64,000 nucleotides of DNA from Candidatus Moanibacter sp. (GTDB lineage Bacteria; Verrucomicrobiota; Verrucomicrobiia; Opitutales; UBA2987), in the NCBI GenBank assembly GCA_965215885.1, contig CBDCEW010000094.1, forward strand, positions 65,416 to 129,415. The letters are read 5' to 3'. The notes beneath the pieces are model-generated. The model saw nothing but the letters and a program-made list of their open reading frames with translations, was not told the origin of the DNA and did no database searches. Shown here one piece after another: positions 10,518 to 20,333 of the stretch. The stretch's first letter is position 1, and every line of letters begins with the position of its first letter. Position numbers and translations under genes: made by a program.

Positions 10518-12184
10518 TGCGATTGAGACGATAGATCGCCCAGATGAATAGTGCAACCCATGATGTAAGGATTACTAAAACCATCTTCGCCTTTTTCCGA
10601 TTCGGCGGCCGTATGGTAGACACAGTATATTCCGCCGTCGGGAAATTCGATGGTATGGGGTTCGCCGGGGTCCCCCATCGGATCGTAAGCGATCTCCAGA
10701 ATGTGATCGCGTTCATATTGATTGGGGTAATGGCCCGATGATGCATGCCAGTTGTACTGATACTCGGGAAGCGTCGGATTGGTCACACGGAGTCTAACGT
10801 ATTGCCAGTAACTCTCGCCCTTTGTCTCCTGCGGCACTACGGGGCTCCGCAGGTGTATTTGTCCGGGAATGTGCGGTGAGGTCCCAAAGCAGTTGAGGTC
10901 GTGCATTCCAGCTCCGTATCGTACCGGCCTTGTCTCCATGAGCTTCTTTGTCTTGAGTCTCTGCACATTGTCGACACTCACTGTCAATGTCCTGTCCGGC
11001 GTGCGGACAATGCGATAGGTGTGCAGTTCTGTAGCGTCCATTTTGAAGGATTCGGCGACCCTGATATCCCTTCCCCAGCAAAAGTCCCGGCCGGGTTTCT
11101 TTGGAATCAGATCGTGCACGAGGTCGACGCGGTCGGGATAGAACCGCAGTTCACCGGCCTCGATGATATTTATGATACAGGCGTCACCGGTTTCGTTTTC
11201 GATGCATTTGAGCCTTGCCTCAAAGATGATGGTGGACTTGTCGGTCTCGGCGGGAAGCAGTAAGAAGAAAGGGGGGCGGGACTCAGGATCTCCGGTCGTT
11301 TTTATCCGCAGGCCATCCGGCTCAAGGGTTACGCAGCCGTCACTCCTCCAGCGGGCAGAGGCTTGAACCCCGGTGGCATCATAACCGTCACCGCACCAGG
11401 CGTAAGCGCCACAATTTCCGCCTACGTTGCAATAGGTAAAGAGCACCCTGCCATCCTTCAGGACCGTCGCATTGGGCTGGAAGGCGTAGAGTCCGGTGAC
11501 CTCAGGTTCCGTCCAGGTCTTACCGTTATCATAGGAATAGTTTTTATAAGTGGGGTGATGTAAACAGGAATTCTCCCGAAAATAACAGACCAGGGTTCCG
11601 TCGTGCAATTGCACTATTGGCGCTTCACAAAGGGCAAGCACATCGCTCTCCGCTACAACGGATAGGAAACTCCAGCTTGTGCCGCTATCGGTCGATTGGT
11701 AAAGAACAGTTCTGTTGTTGTTTCGCCAATGATTCTTTCGCGGGAACTCCTGAGAGACAGTCTGAAGGAGCGTGCCGTTATGAAGTTCGATTAATCGGCG
11801 TGGACCGATTCCATCTACATCAATTTCCTGCGGCTCGCTCCAGGTCTCACCATCATCCTCACTCCAGAACAGATAGCCTTCGCCACCTTGCGAACACGCA
11901 TTAATCACCAGCCGGCCATCTTTCAGACGCAGGATGTTCGACAATAGCCAGTGGATCTCGGAACTGTCGGCAAGAATTATGCGGTCGGACCAGGTTTTGC
12001 CCATGTCCAGACTTTGCTTCATGACGAGGCGCGCCCACGTGCCCGCGGCATGTGCGGCGGTCTCCCGCCAGACGCATACCAGCTTGCCGGAATTGGTCAG
12101 AGCGACGTCCACATAAGCCTGGTAGACATCGTCATCCCGGTCTATGACGACATGTCGAGCGGTCTCGTCCGATATACTTTTCAT
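10514..12184 (-). CDS. BNR/Asp-box sialidase-like protein (family A)
   Basis: SLDMGKTW, SEDDGETW, STDSGTSW and SYDNGKTW Asp boxes; highly similar to 42089..43762 and 47529..49202; start MKSISDE. Confidence 0.85.
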   Translation of the reverse strand: MKSISDETARHVVIDRDDDVYQAYVDVALTNSGKLVCVWRETAAHAAGTWARLVMKQSLDMGKTWSDRIILADSSEIHWLLSNILRLKDGRLVINACSQGGEGYLFWSEDDGETWSEPQEIDVDGIGPRRLIELHNGTLLQTVSQEFPRKNHWRNNNRTVLYQSTDSGTSWSFLSVVAESDVLALCEAPIVQLHDGTLVCYFRENSCLHHPTYKNYSYDNGKTWTEPEVTGLYAFQPNATVLKDGRVLFTYCNVGGNCGAYAWCGDGYDATGVQASARWRSDGCVTLEPDGLRIKTTGDPESRPPFFLLLPAETDKSTIIFEARLKCIENETGDACIINIIEAGELRFYPDRVDLVHDLIPKKPGRDFCWGRDIRVAESFKMDATELHTYRIVRTPDRTLTVSVDNVQRLKTKKLMETRPVRYGAGMHDLNCFGTSPHIPGQIHLRSPVVPQETKGESYWQYVRLRVTNPTLPEYQYNWHASSGHYPNQYERDHILEIAYDPMGDPGEPHTIEFPDGGIYCVYHTAAESEKGEDGFSNPYIMGCTIHLGDLSSQSQ

Positions 12185-12673
12185 TGTTGGTGGGAGCTTC
12201 AGGTTGATAGTGGTAACTGTAATCGTTCCCGACTCCAACCTTAAATAGCGAGGATCATGAATGTTTGGTCCAGCTCCCCATCGAATATTCCGTACGTCGT
12301 AGCAAGGAAATCCCTAAGAGGGAGACTGTCCCACGGATGCAGTAGCCATACCACTGTTCCTTGCGGTGATCGACAGATGAAGGATGAAGGCTCAACCGAG
12401 TCTATTTGATAACGGTGATCCTCAAAGGGAGAAATGCTTTCGCATTCCTTTACAGAAACCGGGCAATTTGTTAAGGCGGCTGACCCCGAGAAGCAGACAA
12501 TTCTGATTTCTGTGATAAACCTCCACGTTCTTGCGAACTACAGTGCTCCGTAAGTCGTTGATATATGTAGCCGCGTTCGCAAGAACGTGGGGACGTTCGC
12601 TTCAGCTTCATGATTAGTAAAGGCGAATACGGACCTATTGCCGAAAGAGTTGGATCAGCGGGACGGAGAATTT

Positions 12674-14683
12674 TCATTGTATGGACCTTTCCTCCCTGCC
12701 TTCGGTATAGTGTTCAATCCAAGCGGAGACACGACGGTGGAAATCGATGCGGTGGCTGGGCCGTCCGCTGACAATGTAACCGTGGTAGCCTTCCGGGTAG
12801 CGGACAAACTCAACCGGCGTTCGCCCGGCGGCGACGAGTCCGATAAAAAGCTCCTCTCCCTGCCCAATGGGGCAACGATCATCGTTTTCCCCGTGCAGGA
12901 TCAGGGTTGGAGTCGTGACGTTCTCTATATAGTTGATCGGCGACAGGCGGCGGTAGGTTTTACGCTGATTGATAAGAGCGTCCTTCATTTGCCAGAGGCC
13001 AAACCACATACCGATATCCGAGGTGCCGTAAAATGACTCCAGATTTGAAACCGGCGCGTCGATAGCGGCGGCTTTGAATCGGTCAGTGTGGCCGATAATC
13101 CAGGCCGACATATACCCGCCGTAGGAAGCGCCGGCCACGGCCAATCGTTCGCTATCCGCGATGCCTTCGGCTATCAGCGCCTCGACGGCGGCTATATGCT
13201 CGGGCATATCATACTCGCCCCATCGGCCCCTGATGCTGTGGGCAAAGATTCTACCGTATGATCCGGAGCCGGCGGAGTTGAGCATGAGGACGGCCCATCC
13301 TCGAGCGGCGAGCAGATAGCGGTAAAAATAGGTGGTCGAGAAGGCGTTGCCCACATAGCTGTGCGGTCCGCCGTGAATGTCCAGCAGCAGTGGAGCGGAT
13401 GTCGCGCCGGTGTTCGGCATCATCAACCAGCCTTCAATCATGCCACCGTGGGGACTTTCAAAGGTGCGCCGCTCTACCCGGGGCAGAATTCTCTGGTCCA
13501 GCAGAGACCGATTGACATGGGTTAATTGTCGCTCCTCTGCGCCATCTCCGGTGCGGATAAAAACGTCGCCCGGATTGTTCAAGTCGGCAGCCGAAAATGC
13601 GATTTGTCTGGTCGTGCTGTTTAGACTGAAGCTGGTCACCTGGCGCTCGCCGTTGACGACCGGGCGGACCGAAGCATCGGCTACGTTGGCCTGAACGACC
13701 TGGACGTTTCCGGCATCGGCGAGAAGAAACGTCACCGCCGTGCCGTCACTGGACCAGACGGGCGCTGGCGTCTCTAGTGGCCAGCGTAGCAACTGCACCG
13801 GGCGATCATACTCAAGAGAAGAATAAAGCGCGGTCAGGCAGCGGAGTGGTCCACTTCCGGCCGGCACGAGCCAGACCAGATTTTCCAGGTCACCCCAGCT
13901 CAGTTCCTGCTCGGCAGTGCCAAGACAGGCAATCAACCTGCCATCTGGTGACCAGGAAGGTGAGATGGCCCGACCTAATGTCGTCGTAAGTTGCCGGGTA
14001 TTTGTGGCATCGGCGTCCATGACCCAGATATCGGAGACATAAAAGTCCGCCACTCCAGAGCGCATTCGGCTGAAAGCAATGCGCCGACCGTCGGGGGACC
14101 AGGATGGGGCCAGGTCGTCCGTTTGGTTATCGCTCAGCTGTCGGACCTCTCCGGTGGCCACAGACACAACAGACAACTGGTTACGCTCACCAAAGGTGTA
14201 GCCCCGGCTATCCATTTTGTATTGCGCCCGCGTAATTACTTTGGGGCGCTTTTCCCAGCGGGCGCGAGCCGAGGCGTCTGCCGGAGGAGACTCCTTCAGA
14301 ACGCGTGCCGAAAAAAGGATGTGACTCCCATTCGGTGACCACACGGCAGGGCCGGCCCCATTTTGAAGCGATGTCAGCTGGCGGGCCTCGCCGCCATGGG
14401 CCGAAATAAGGTAGAGTTGAGCCGGCTTGCCTGCTCGGTCGGACAGAAAGGCCAGCCGGCGCCCGTCCGGTGACCAACGCGGGGCAGTATCTTGCCCGGG
14501 GCCATGGGTGAACTGCCTCGGAGTGCCGCCGTCTGACGGCACAATCCAGATGTTGCTCCGGTATTCGTCCTGCTCAGCGGCGATTTCCGTCAGTGTATAG
14601 GCGATAAATTCGCCGTCAGGGGCAAGCTGCACTTCGCCCACACTCTTGATAAGCAGTAAGTCCTCAGCCTGGATGGTCCTCAT
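12674..14683 (-). CDS. S9 family peptidase (acylaminoacyl/dipeptidyl peptidase)
   Basis: PD40-type WSPDG repeats, IHGGP, GASYGG nucleophile, HGENDDRC and YPEGYHG; start MRTIQAEDLL. Confidence 0.93.
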   Translation of the reverse strand: MRTIQAEDLLLIKSVGEVQLAPDGEFIAYTLTEIAAEQDEYRSNIWIVPSDGGTPRQFTHGPGQDTAPRWSPDGRRLAFLSDRAGKPAQLYLISAHGGEARQLTSLQNGAGPAVWSPNGSHILFSARVLKESPPADASARARWEKRPKVITRAQYKMDSRGYTFGERNQLSVVSVATGEVRQLSDNQTDDLAPSWSPDGRRIAFSRMRSGVADFYVSDIWVMDADATNTRQLTTTLGRAISPSWSPDGRLIACLGTAEQELSWGDLENLVWLVPAGSGPLRCLTALYSSLEYDRPVQLLRWPLETPAPVWSSDGTAVTFLLADAGNVQVVQANVADASVRPVVNGERQVTSFSLNSTTRQIAFSAADLNNPGDVFIRTGDGAEERQLTHVNRSLLDQRILPRVERRTFESPHGGMIEGWLMMPNTGATSAPLLLDIHGGPHSYVGNAFSTTYFYRYLLAARGWAVLMLNSAGSGSYGRIFAHSIRGRWGEYDMPEHIAAVEALIAEGIADSERLAVAGASYGGYMSAWIIGHTDRFKAAAIDAPVSNLESFYGTSDIGMWFGLWQMKDALINQRKTYRRLSPINYIENVTTPTLILHGENDDRCPIGQGEELFIGLVAAGRTPVEFVRYPEGYHGYIVSGRPSHRIDFHRRVSAWIEHYTEGREERSIQ

Positions 14684-14684
14684 T

Positions 14685-15527
14685 TCAGGCGTGTTGCACG
14701 CTGCGTGTTTCCTCGGACCATTCGCGCCACATGTCTTCATAAGGACGTTGTCCCGCCAACTCCTCATTTTCCTTCTTGTCATAGTCGGCCAGGACAGCTT
14801 CCCGAAGCTGGATCTGCTCGGATCGATTGCGTCCGGCCGAATGAGCTAGAAGATTATGCCAGAAAAAAATGTCACCGGCTTCACCGTGGCTTTCCACGCG
14901 GGGTCGATCTCGAAATTTGATGATATGCTCCTTGTAGACCTCGATACGTTCGCGCCCCTCAAAATTGGAAAAAATGTCATAGACAATCCGATGAGTTCCC
15001 GGCCACACGGTAAAGGCGCCACCACTCGGAGGAATGGGCGCAATTAGCCCAACAAAACCCACACGAGGCGCCATGAGCCTTATCACAGTTTCCGTATCCA
15101 GTTTATCGGGTGCGAAAGCGTCACAGTGACATCCTATCGGCTCCTCGGGTTCTTCACTCATGGGCAACCTGCAGTATATGCCGCGGATTCTCTCCGGAAG
15201 TTCCACTTCCCCTTCGCCCAGAAGCTGCTCCGTCCAACCCAAAATTGTGGGATCCGCCGCCGACATCCGAACGATCCACTCTTCTGATCTGGGTTCACAG
15301 TACTTCCACATGTAGCCAATGCGCCGGTTTCCCGGCCCCTCGTCCTCCTCATCGGCACGAAAGGGCCCCATCCAGGTGCTGGGATCGTCCCTTTTCATGC
15401 GGGGCGGAGCCCCTTTCCATAATCGGTCGCGGGCACGAGCCATCAAGTCGGGGTCCATGACACCACGCTTAAACAGGTATCCTTCGCGTTTAAAAAAACT
15501 GATTTCTTCCTGCGTTAGTTTGTTCAT
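14685..15527 (-). CDS. PhyH-like Fe(II)/2OG dioxygenase, family P copy 1
   Basis: FFKREGYL, HCD...GAFTVWPGTH...GDIFFWHNLLAHSAG (HxD...H triad). Confidence 0.8.
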   Translation of the reverse strand: MNKLTQEEISFFKREGYLFKRGVMDPDLMARARDRLWKGAPPRMKRDDPSTWMGPFRADEEDEGPGNRRIGYMWKYCEPRSEEWIVRMSAADPTILGWTEQLLGEGEVELPERIRGIYCRLPMSEEPEEPIGCHCDAFAPDKLDTETVIRLMAPRVGFVGLIAPIPPSGGAFTVWPGTHRIVYDIFSNFEGRERIEVYKEHIIKFRDRPRVESHGEAGDIFFWHNLLAHSAGRNRSEQIQLREAVLADYDKKENEELAGQRPYEDMWREWSEETRSVQHA

Positions 15528-15720
15528 GCTTCAATTTCGACTTCAGTTTGAATTGATGCTCTCCACATTGTCGACAAGGTTCGCGAGTGAGGTTCGCGAC
15601 AAGGTTACCAGGGAAGTAGGAGTTACCTTCGCAATCCGGTCAAGAATGTCCTGACAGTTAACCTACTTGACAACCAATCAAGCAAACCTCGTCCCGAACC
15701 TTGTCCCGAACCTTGTCGAA

Positions 15721-15800
15721 TCGTGGGGTAAACCCGCTCCTACAGTTGCGATGTTCAATCGACCACCCGTCAGGGATGTAGGAGCGGGTTTATCCCGCGA
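15721..15800. repeat. GTAG-type REP doublet (REPIN)
   Basis: AAACCCGCTCCTACA...TGTAGGAGCGGGTTTATCCCGCGA; copies at 16822-16901, 18325-18404 and 40188-40254. Confidence 0.88.
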
Positions 15801-15869
15801 TCGAACTTACTGCCATGGGCCAGTCGAATGGATAAAGATCCACGACGGAGATATTGATCGGCGGTCTGG

Positions 15870-16694
15870 TCAGAGCGGCGCGCTGCGTGTTTCATCCGAC
15901 CATTCCCGCCACATGTCTTCATAAGGACGTTGTCCCGCCAACTCCTCATTTTCCTGCTTTGTGTAATCGCAGAGAACGGCTTCACGGAGCTGGATCTTTT
16001 CCGAGCGGTTCCACCCGGCAATGTGGGCCAGGAAACCATGCCAGAATAGAATGTCACCCGCTTCGCCACAGCCTTCCACCCGTGTTTGGTCATTAAATTG
16101 GATGAGACGTTCCTTATACGTCTCGACGCGTTCACGCTCTTCAAGATTTAGAAACAGGTCATATACAGTTCGATGAGTACCCGGCCATACGGTAAAGGCC
16201 CCACCACACGGGGGAATGGGCGCAACTAACCCAACCAGTCCCAGACGAGGCGCCATGACGTCTTTCACAGCATTATCGGGTGAGAGATCGCAGTGGCAGA
16301 CGGTCGGCTTCTCCGGTACATCGCCCTCGGGCAATCGGCAGTAGATTCCGCGGATTTTCTCCGGGCGTTTCACTTCCCCTTTACCAAGAAGCTGCTCTAC
16401 CCAACCCCAAATTGCTGGATCCGTGGCCAACATGCGAATGATCCACTCTTCGGTAGCGGGTTCACGGTATTTCCACATATAACGAAGGCGTCGATTTTCC
16501 GGACCCTCGTCCTCCTCGTCGGGCCGAAAGGGGCCGAACCAGGTGCTTGGATCGTCCCTCTTCATGCGGGGCGGCGCCCCTTTCCATATTCGCTCGCGGG
16601 CGCGAGCCATTAGATCAGGGTCCATGACACCACGCTTAAAGAGGTATCCCTCGCGCTTAAAAAAACTGATTTCTTCCTGCGTTAGTTTGGTCAT
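15870..16694 (-). CDS. PhyH-like dioxygenase, family P copy 2
   Basis: Close paralogue of 14685..15527; HCD and LAHIAG motifs. Confidence 0.8.
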   Translation of the reverse strand: MTKLTQEEISFFKREGYLFKRGVMDPDLMARARERIWKGAPPRMKRDDPSTWFGPFRPDEEDEGPENRRLRYMWKYREPATEEWIIRMLATDPAIWGWVEQLLGKGEVKRPEKIRGIYCRLPEGDVPEKPTVCHCDLSPDNAVKDVMAPRLGLVGLVAPIPPCGGAFTVWPGTHRTVYDLFLNLEERERVETYKERLIQFNDQTRVEGCGEAGDILFWHGFLAHIAGWNRSEKIQLREAVLCDYTKQENEELAGQRPYEDMWREWSDETRSAPL

Positions 16695-16821
16695 AGGTCA
16701 ACTTCAACTATGTTCGATTTCAGTTTGAATTGTCGTTACCCACGTTGTCGACAAGGATCGCGAGTGAGGTTCGCGATCCGTCGTCGCTGCTCCCTCGGAG
16801 CAGGACCCGAACCTTGTCGAA

Positions 16822-16901
16822 TCGCGGGGTAAACCCGCTCCTACAGTTGCTATGTTCAATCGTACACCCGCCAGGGATGTAGGAGCGGGTTTATCCCGCG
16901 A
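16822..16901. repeat. GTAG-type REPIN copy
   Basis: Near-identical to 15721-15800 and 18325-18404. Confidence 0.88.
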
Positions 16902-17133
16902 TCGAACTTACTTATCGTGCTCGTAGGCGGGCTCTCGTGTCGATCTTCCTTTTTCGAAATTAGATCACGATTATGATTCACGACGGGAAGAAGGAACAAA
17001 CCCTCCTCTCCCATCGTGACTCTCAATCCATTCGACAGGCTTATGGCAGGCCGTGATCTCCAATCGATCTTCCCTTCTTCCGAATCTGGATCACGATAAA
17101 GATCCACGACGGAGATATTGATCGGCGGTCTGG

Positions 17134-17964
17134 TCAGAGCGGTGCTCTGCGTGTTTCCTCGGACCATTCGCGCCACATGTTATCATGAGGACGTTGTCCC
17201 GCCAATTCCTGATTTCCTTGCTTCGAGTAGTCGGATAGAATCGCTTCACGAAGCTGGATCTCTTCCGATCGATTCCGCCCCGCAGTATGGGCCAATAAAC
17301 CATGCCAGAAAAGGATGTCACCGGCTTCGCCATGGCCTTCCACGGGGGTTCTGTTTTTAAATTCGATGATATGTTTATTATACGCTTCAACGCGTTCACC
17401 CTCCTCAAAATTTAAAAAGAGGTCATATATGATCCGATGAGTTCTCGGCCACACCGTAAAAGCCCCACCACGCGGCGGAATGGGCGCGATTAACCCAACT
17501 AAACCCACACGAGGCGCCAGGATTTCGTCCATAGCCGGGCGGGAATTCCAGGCAATGTCACAGTGGCATCCTATCGGCGGTTCCGGTTCGTTGCCCATGG
17601 GCAAATGGCAGTAGATGCCGCGGATTCTCTCCGGGCGGTTCACTTCCCCCTCGCCCAGAAGCTGCTCCGCCCAACCCCAAATCGTCGGGTTCGCAGCCGA
17701 CATGCGAACGATCCACTCTTCCGATCTTGGTTCGCAGTACTTCCACAAATAACCAATGCGCCGGTTTCCAGGACCCTCATCCTCCTCATCGGGCCGAAAA
17801 GGCCCCATCCAGGTGCTGGGATCGTCCCTTTTCATGCGGGGCGGAGCCCCTTCCCATAATCGCTCGCGGGCGCGAGCCATCGGTTTCGGATCCATCACGC
17901 CGCGCTTGAATAGGTATCCTTCGTGCTTAAAAAAACTGATTTCCTCCTGCGTTAATTTTTTCAT
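17134..17964 (-). CDS. PhyH-like dioxygenase, family P copy 3
   Basis: Close paralogue; HCD and LAHTAG motifs. Confidence 0.8.
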   Translation of the reverse strand: MKKLTQEEISFFKHEGYLFKRGVMDPKPMARARERLWEGAPPRMKRDDPSTWMGPFRPDEEDEGPGNRRIGYLWKYCEPRSEEWIVRMSAANPTIWGWAEQLLGEGEVNRPERIRGIYCHLPMGNEPEPPIGCHCDIAWNSRPAMDEILAPRVGLVGLIAPIPPRGGAFTVWPRTHRIIYDLFLNFEEGERVEAYNKHIIEFKNRTPVEGHGEAGDILFWHGLLAHTAGRNRSEEIQLREAILSDYSKQGNQELAGQRPHDNMWREWSEETRRAPL

Positions 17965-18324
17965 ACGGTATCTCGGATTATTTTCCCGGTCCCGGCAAGC
18001 CGGGATTCGACATCAGATCACGATTGAGAGCACGAGAAAAGAGAATTCGAAAAATCCCTCTCTCAACCTGCCGATCGAATTTCGATTAGGAATTTGCTCA
18101 GTACACGATCGAATGTCGTAGTCATAATCGTAGTCGATGGTCGTAATTCATCGAGCTCCGAAGTTTACGACAAGGTTCGGGAGGAGGTTCGCGACGAGGT
18201 TTGAGCAGAAGTGATTCGAGCTCCTCCACTGAGTTTCCTCTTCCGTTCAGGCCGGAACACCCGAAAGGGAAACTTTGCATGCCTCGGCAAAGCGCAACGA
18301 CGACGGGTCCCAAACCTTGTCGAA

Positions 18325-18404
18325 TCGCGGGATAAACCCGCTCCTACAGTTGCTATGTTCAATCGTACACCCGCCAGGGATGTAGGAGCGGGTTTATCCC
18401 GCGA
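18325..18404. repeat. GTAG-type REPIN copy
   Basis: TCGCGGGATAAACCCGCTCCTACA...TGTAGGAGCGGGTTTATCCCGCGA perfect 24-bp arms. Confidence 0.9.
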
Positions 18405-18439
18405 TCGAACTTACTTATCGTGCTCGTAGGCGGGCTCTC

Positions 18440-18790
18440 GTGTCGATCTTCCTTTCTTTCGAATTTCGATTACGATTACGGATTGATTGGATATCCACTC
18501 GAAAGTCGTTGTCGTAATCGTAGTCGATAGTCGATTTCTGTTTCTCGAATTTAGATCACGATTATGATCACGACGGGAAGAACGAACAAAATCCCTCTCC
18601 CATCGTGACTCTCAATCGTAATCTCCTGTCGATCTTCCCTTCTTTCGATTCTAGATTACGATTATGATTCACGACAAAAGATCTGACCAGTTTCCACTCT
18701 CCCCATCGTGACTCTCAATCGTGATCTCCAGTCGATCTTCTCCTCTTTTCGAAATTAGATCATGACTATGATCACCATTGGAAGATCGAA
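18440..18790. repeat. BIME-like array of ~90-100-bp units
   Basis: Alternating TAGATCACGATTATGATCACGAC and CCCATCGTGACTCTCAATCGTGATCTCC motifs with variable spacers. Confidence 0.75.
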
Positions 18791-18822
18791 GAAACTGCAT
18801 TCTGCTTGTTTCAATCGTTGAA

Positions 18823-20217
18823 CTACCCACCCAGTTTCGGTGCACCTTCATTCCAGGGAATATAGGATCTGGGGCTCAGCTCAATAAGCTTATCGAGCAG
18901 CCGTCGTTGTAGATCTGTTTTCAGTTTATTGTGCTTCTCGTTATCCCACAGGTTCAATTTTTCCCAGGGGTCCTTTTCCAGGTCATAGAGCTCGCCATGG
19001 GGTTGATTCCAGTAGTGAGCGTATTTCCAACGGCGGGTGCGGAGGCAACGGATGCCGGCGGCCTCCATATAGACTTCTTCCCTATCGTCGAGATCGTCGG
19101 GGCTTTGCCAGTAGCTGGAGAGGTTGCGACCGGTCATGTCGGTAGGTATTTCAGCACCGGCGGCGGAAAGGCAGGTAGCCGCGATATCGATCGAACTGAT
19201 GAGAGAAGATTCCTGCTTACCGGTGCATTTGCCTTTGGGCGGTTTGACGATGAAGGGGATGCGCATGAGCACTTCCATGATGTTCTGGCCTTTGCCTATG
19301 AGTTGGAAGTCGCCTAAGAAATCGCCGTGATCGCTGGTGAAAATAATGAGGGTGTTGTCGTAGGCCTTCTTATCCCTAAGAACCTCAAAAATTGCGCCGA
19401 TTTTTTCATCGATGAGGGTCACATTTGCATAATAGGCCCGGCGCTGCTTTCGGATGTCCTCCCAAGGCTCCGGTTCGTAAGGGGGCGGGGGCTCTCCGTG
19501 GTGCAGGGAATTATGGGGCGGCTTTTGTTTGAGCATCTCAAAGTCCGTTTCGGGCAAATCGATGTCCCTTGGATGGTAGCGTTCCGCCTGTGGAAAGTTA
19601 CCGCAGTCGATGGGGCCGTGGGGGCCCGGGAAGGAGATCCAGCAGAACCAGGGTTTGTTGGCGGGCATGCTGTTTTCGAGCCATTCGCGGCCCCGGTTGC
19701 CAACGTAGTGGTCCACGTGGTATTCGGGATCAGCTTTCCATTCGGCGACGTGGTCGGGTCCGGCATGAAGCTTGATCAAGTCGTCTGAGTGGGTGAATCC
19801 ACAGTCGTGTAGCCATCGGCAATAGGAATCCTTATGCGGGTTTTGTGGCTCGGGAGTGTGGGTATCGACAATATCTTCGTAATCGTATCCGTGTGCTATC
19901 TGGGAGCCCCCGAAATGTTGTTTTCCGATGGCGGCGGTGTGGTAGCCTACCTCTTGAAGGCGGCTCATAAAGGTTCTCTCGTATTCCGGCAGATAGGTAA
20001 TAAAGGTGGGGGCGTGACACTGGTGCGGGTATTTGCCCGTGAATATGGCGGCTCTGGCTTGCACGCACGAGGGGCTCGGGGTGTAGGCGCGGGTAAAGGA
20101 GATGCCCTCGTCGGCCAGGCGGTCGAGATGGGGGGTTTGTAGGACTGGATTGACGCAACCAATGTGATCAAAACGCTGCTCGTCGGTCATGAGGAATAGG
20201 ATGTTGGGCGCGGGCAT
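18823..20217 (-). CDS. Sulfatase (S1, choline-sulfatase-like)
   Basis: PNILFLMTDEQR, PSCVQARAAIFTG, GKQH, FTSDHGD and ELYDLEKDPWE motifs. Confidence 0.93.
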   Translation of the reverse strand: MPAPNILFLMTDEQRFDHIGCVNPVLQTPHLDRLADEGISFTRAYTPSPSCVQARAAIFTGKYPHQCHAPTFITYLPEYERTFMSRLQEVGYHTAAIGKQHFGGSQIAHGYDYEDIVDTHTPEPQNPHKDSYCRWLHDCGFTHSDDLIKLHAGPDHVAEWKADPEYHVDHYVGNRGREWLENSMPANKPWFCWISFPGPHGPIDCGNFPQAERYHPRDIDLPETDFEMLKQKPPHNSLHHGEPPPPYEPEPWEDIRKQRRAYYANVTLIDEKIGAIFEVLRDKKAYDNTLIIFTSDHGDFLGDFQLIGKGQNIMEVLMRIPFIVKPPKGKCTGKQESSLISSIDIAATCLSAAGAEIPTDMTGRNLSSYWQSPDDLDDREEVYMEAAGIRCLRTRRWKYAHYWNQPHGELYDLEKDPWEKLNLWDNEKHNKLKTDLQRRLLDKLIELSPRSYIPWNEGAPKLGG

Positions 20218-20333
20218 GGGATGGTATCCGCCACTTTGTGACGAAAGCGGCTACAAATATCAACGACTTACTCTGCCCTACGGCAGAGTAGCCGCGTTCG
20301 TGAGAACGTGGAGGTTTTTCAGCGGAATCGGAT

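Noticed and set aside
14684..14782. Extended N-terminus of the S9 peptidase
   Set aside because: Overlaps the PhyH 3' end out of frame; the ATG at 14683 fits better
14685..17964. Diversity-generating retroelement or integron explanation for the paralogue array
   Set aside because: No reverse transcriptase or tyrosine integrase; differences are not adenine-restricted and include indels; no attC-type ends recognised
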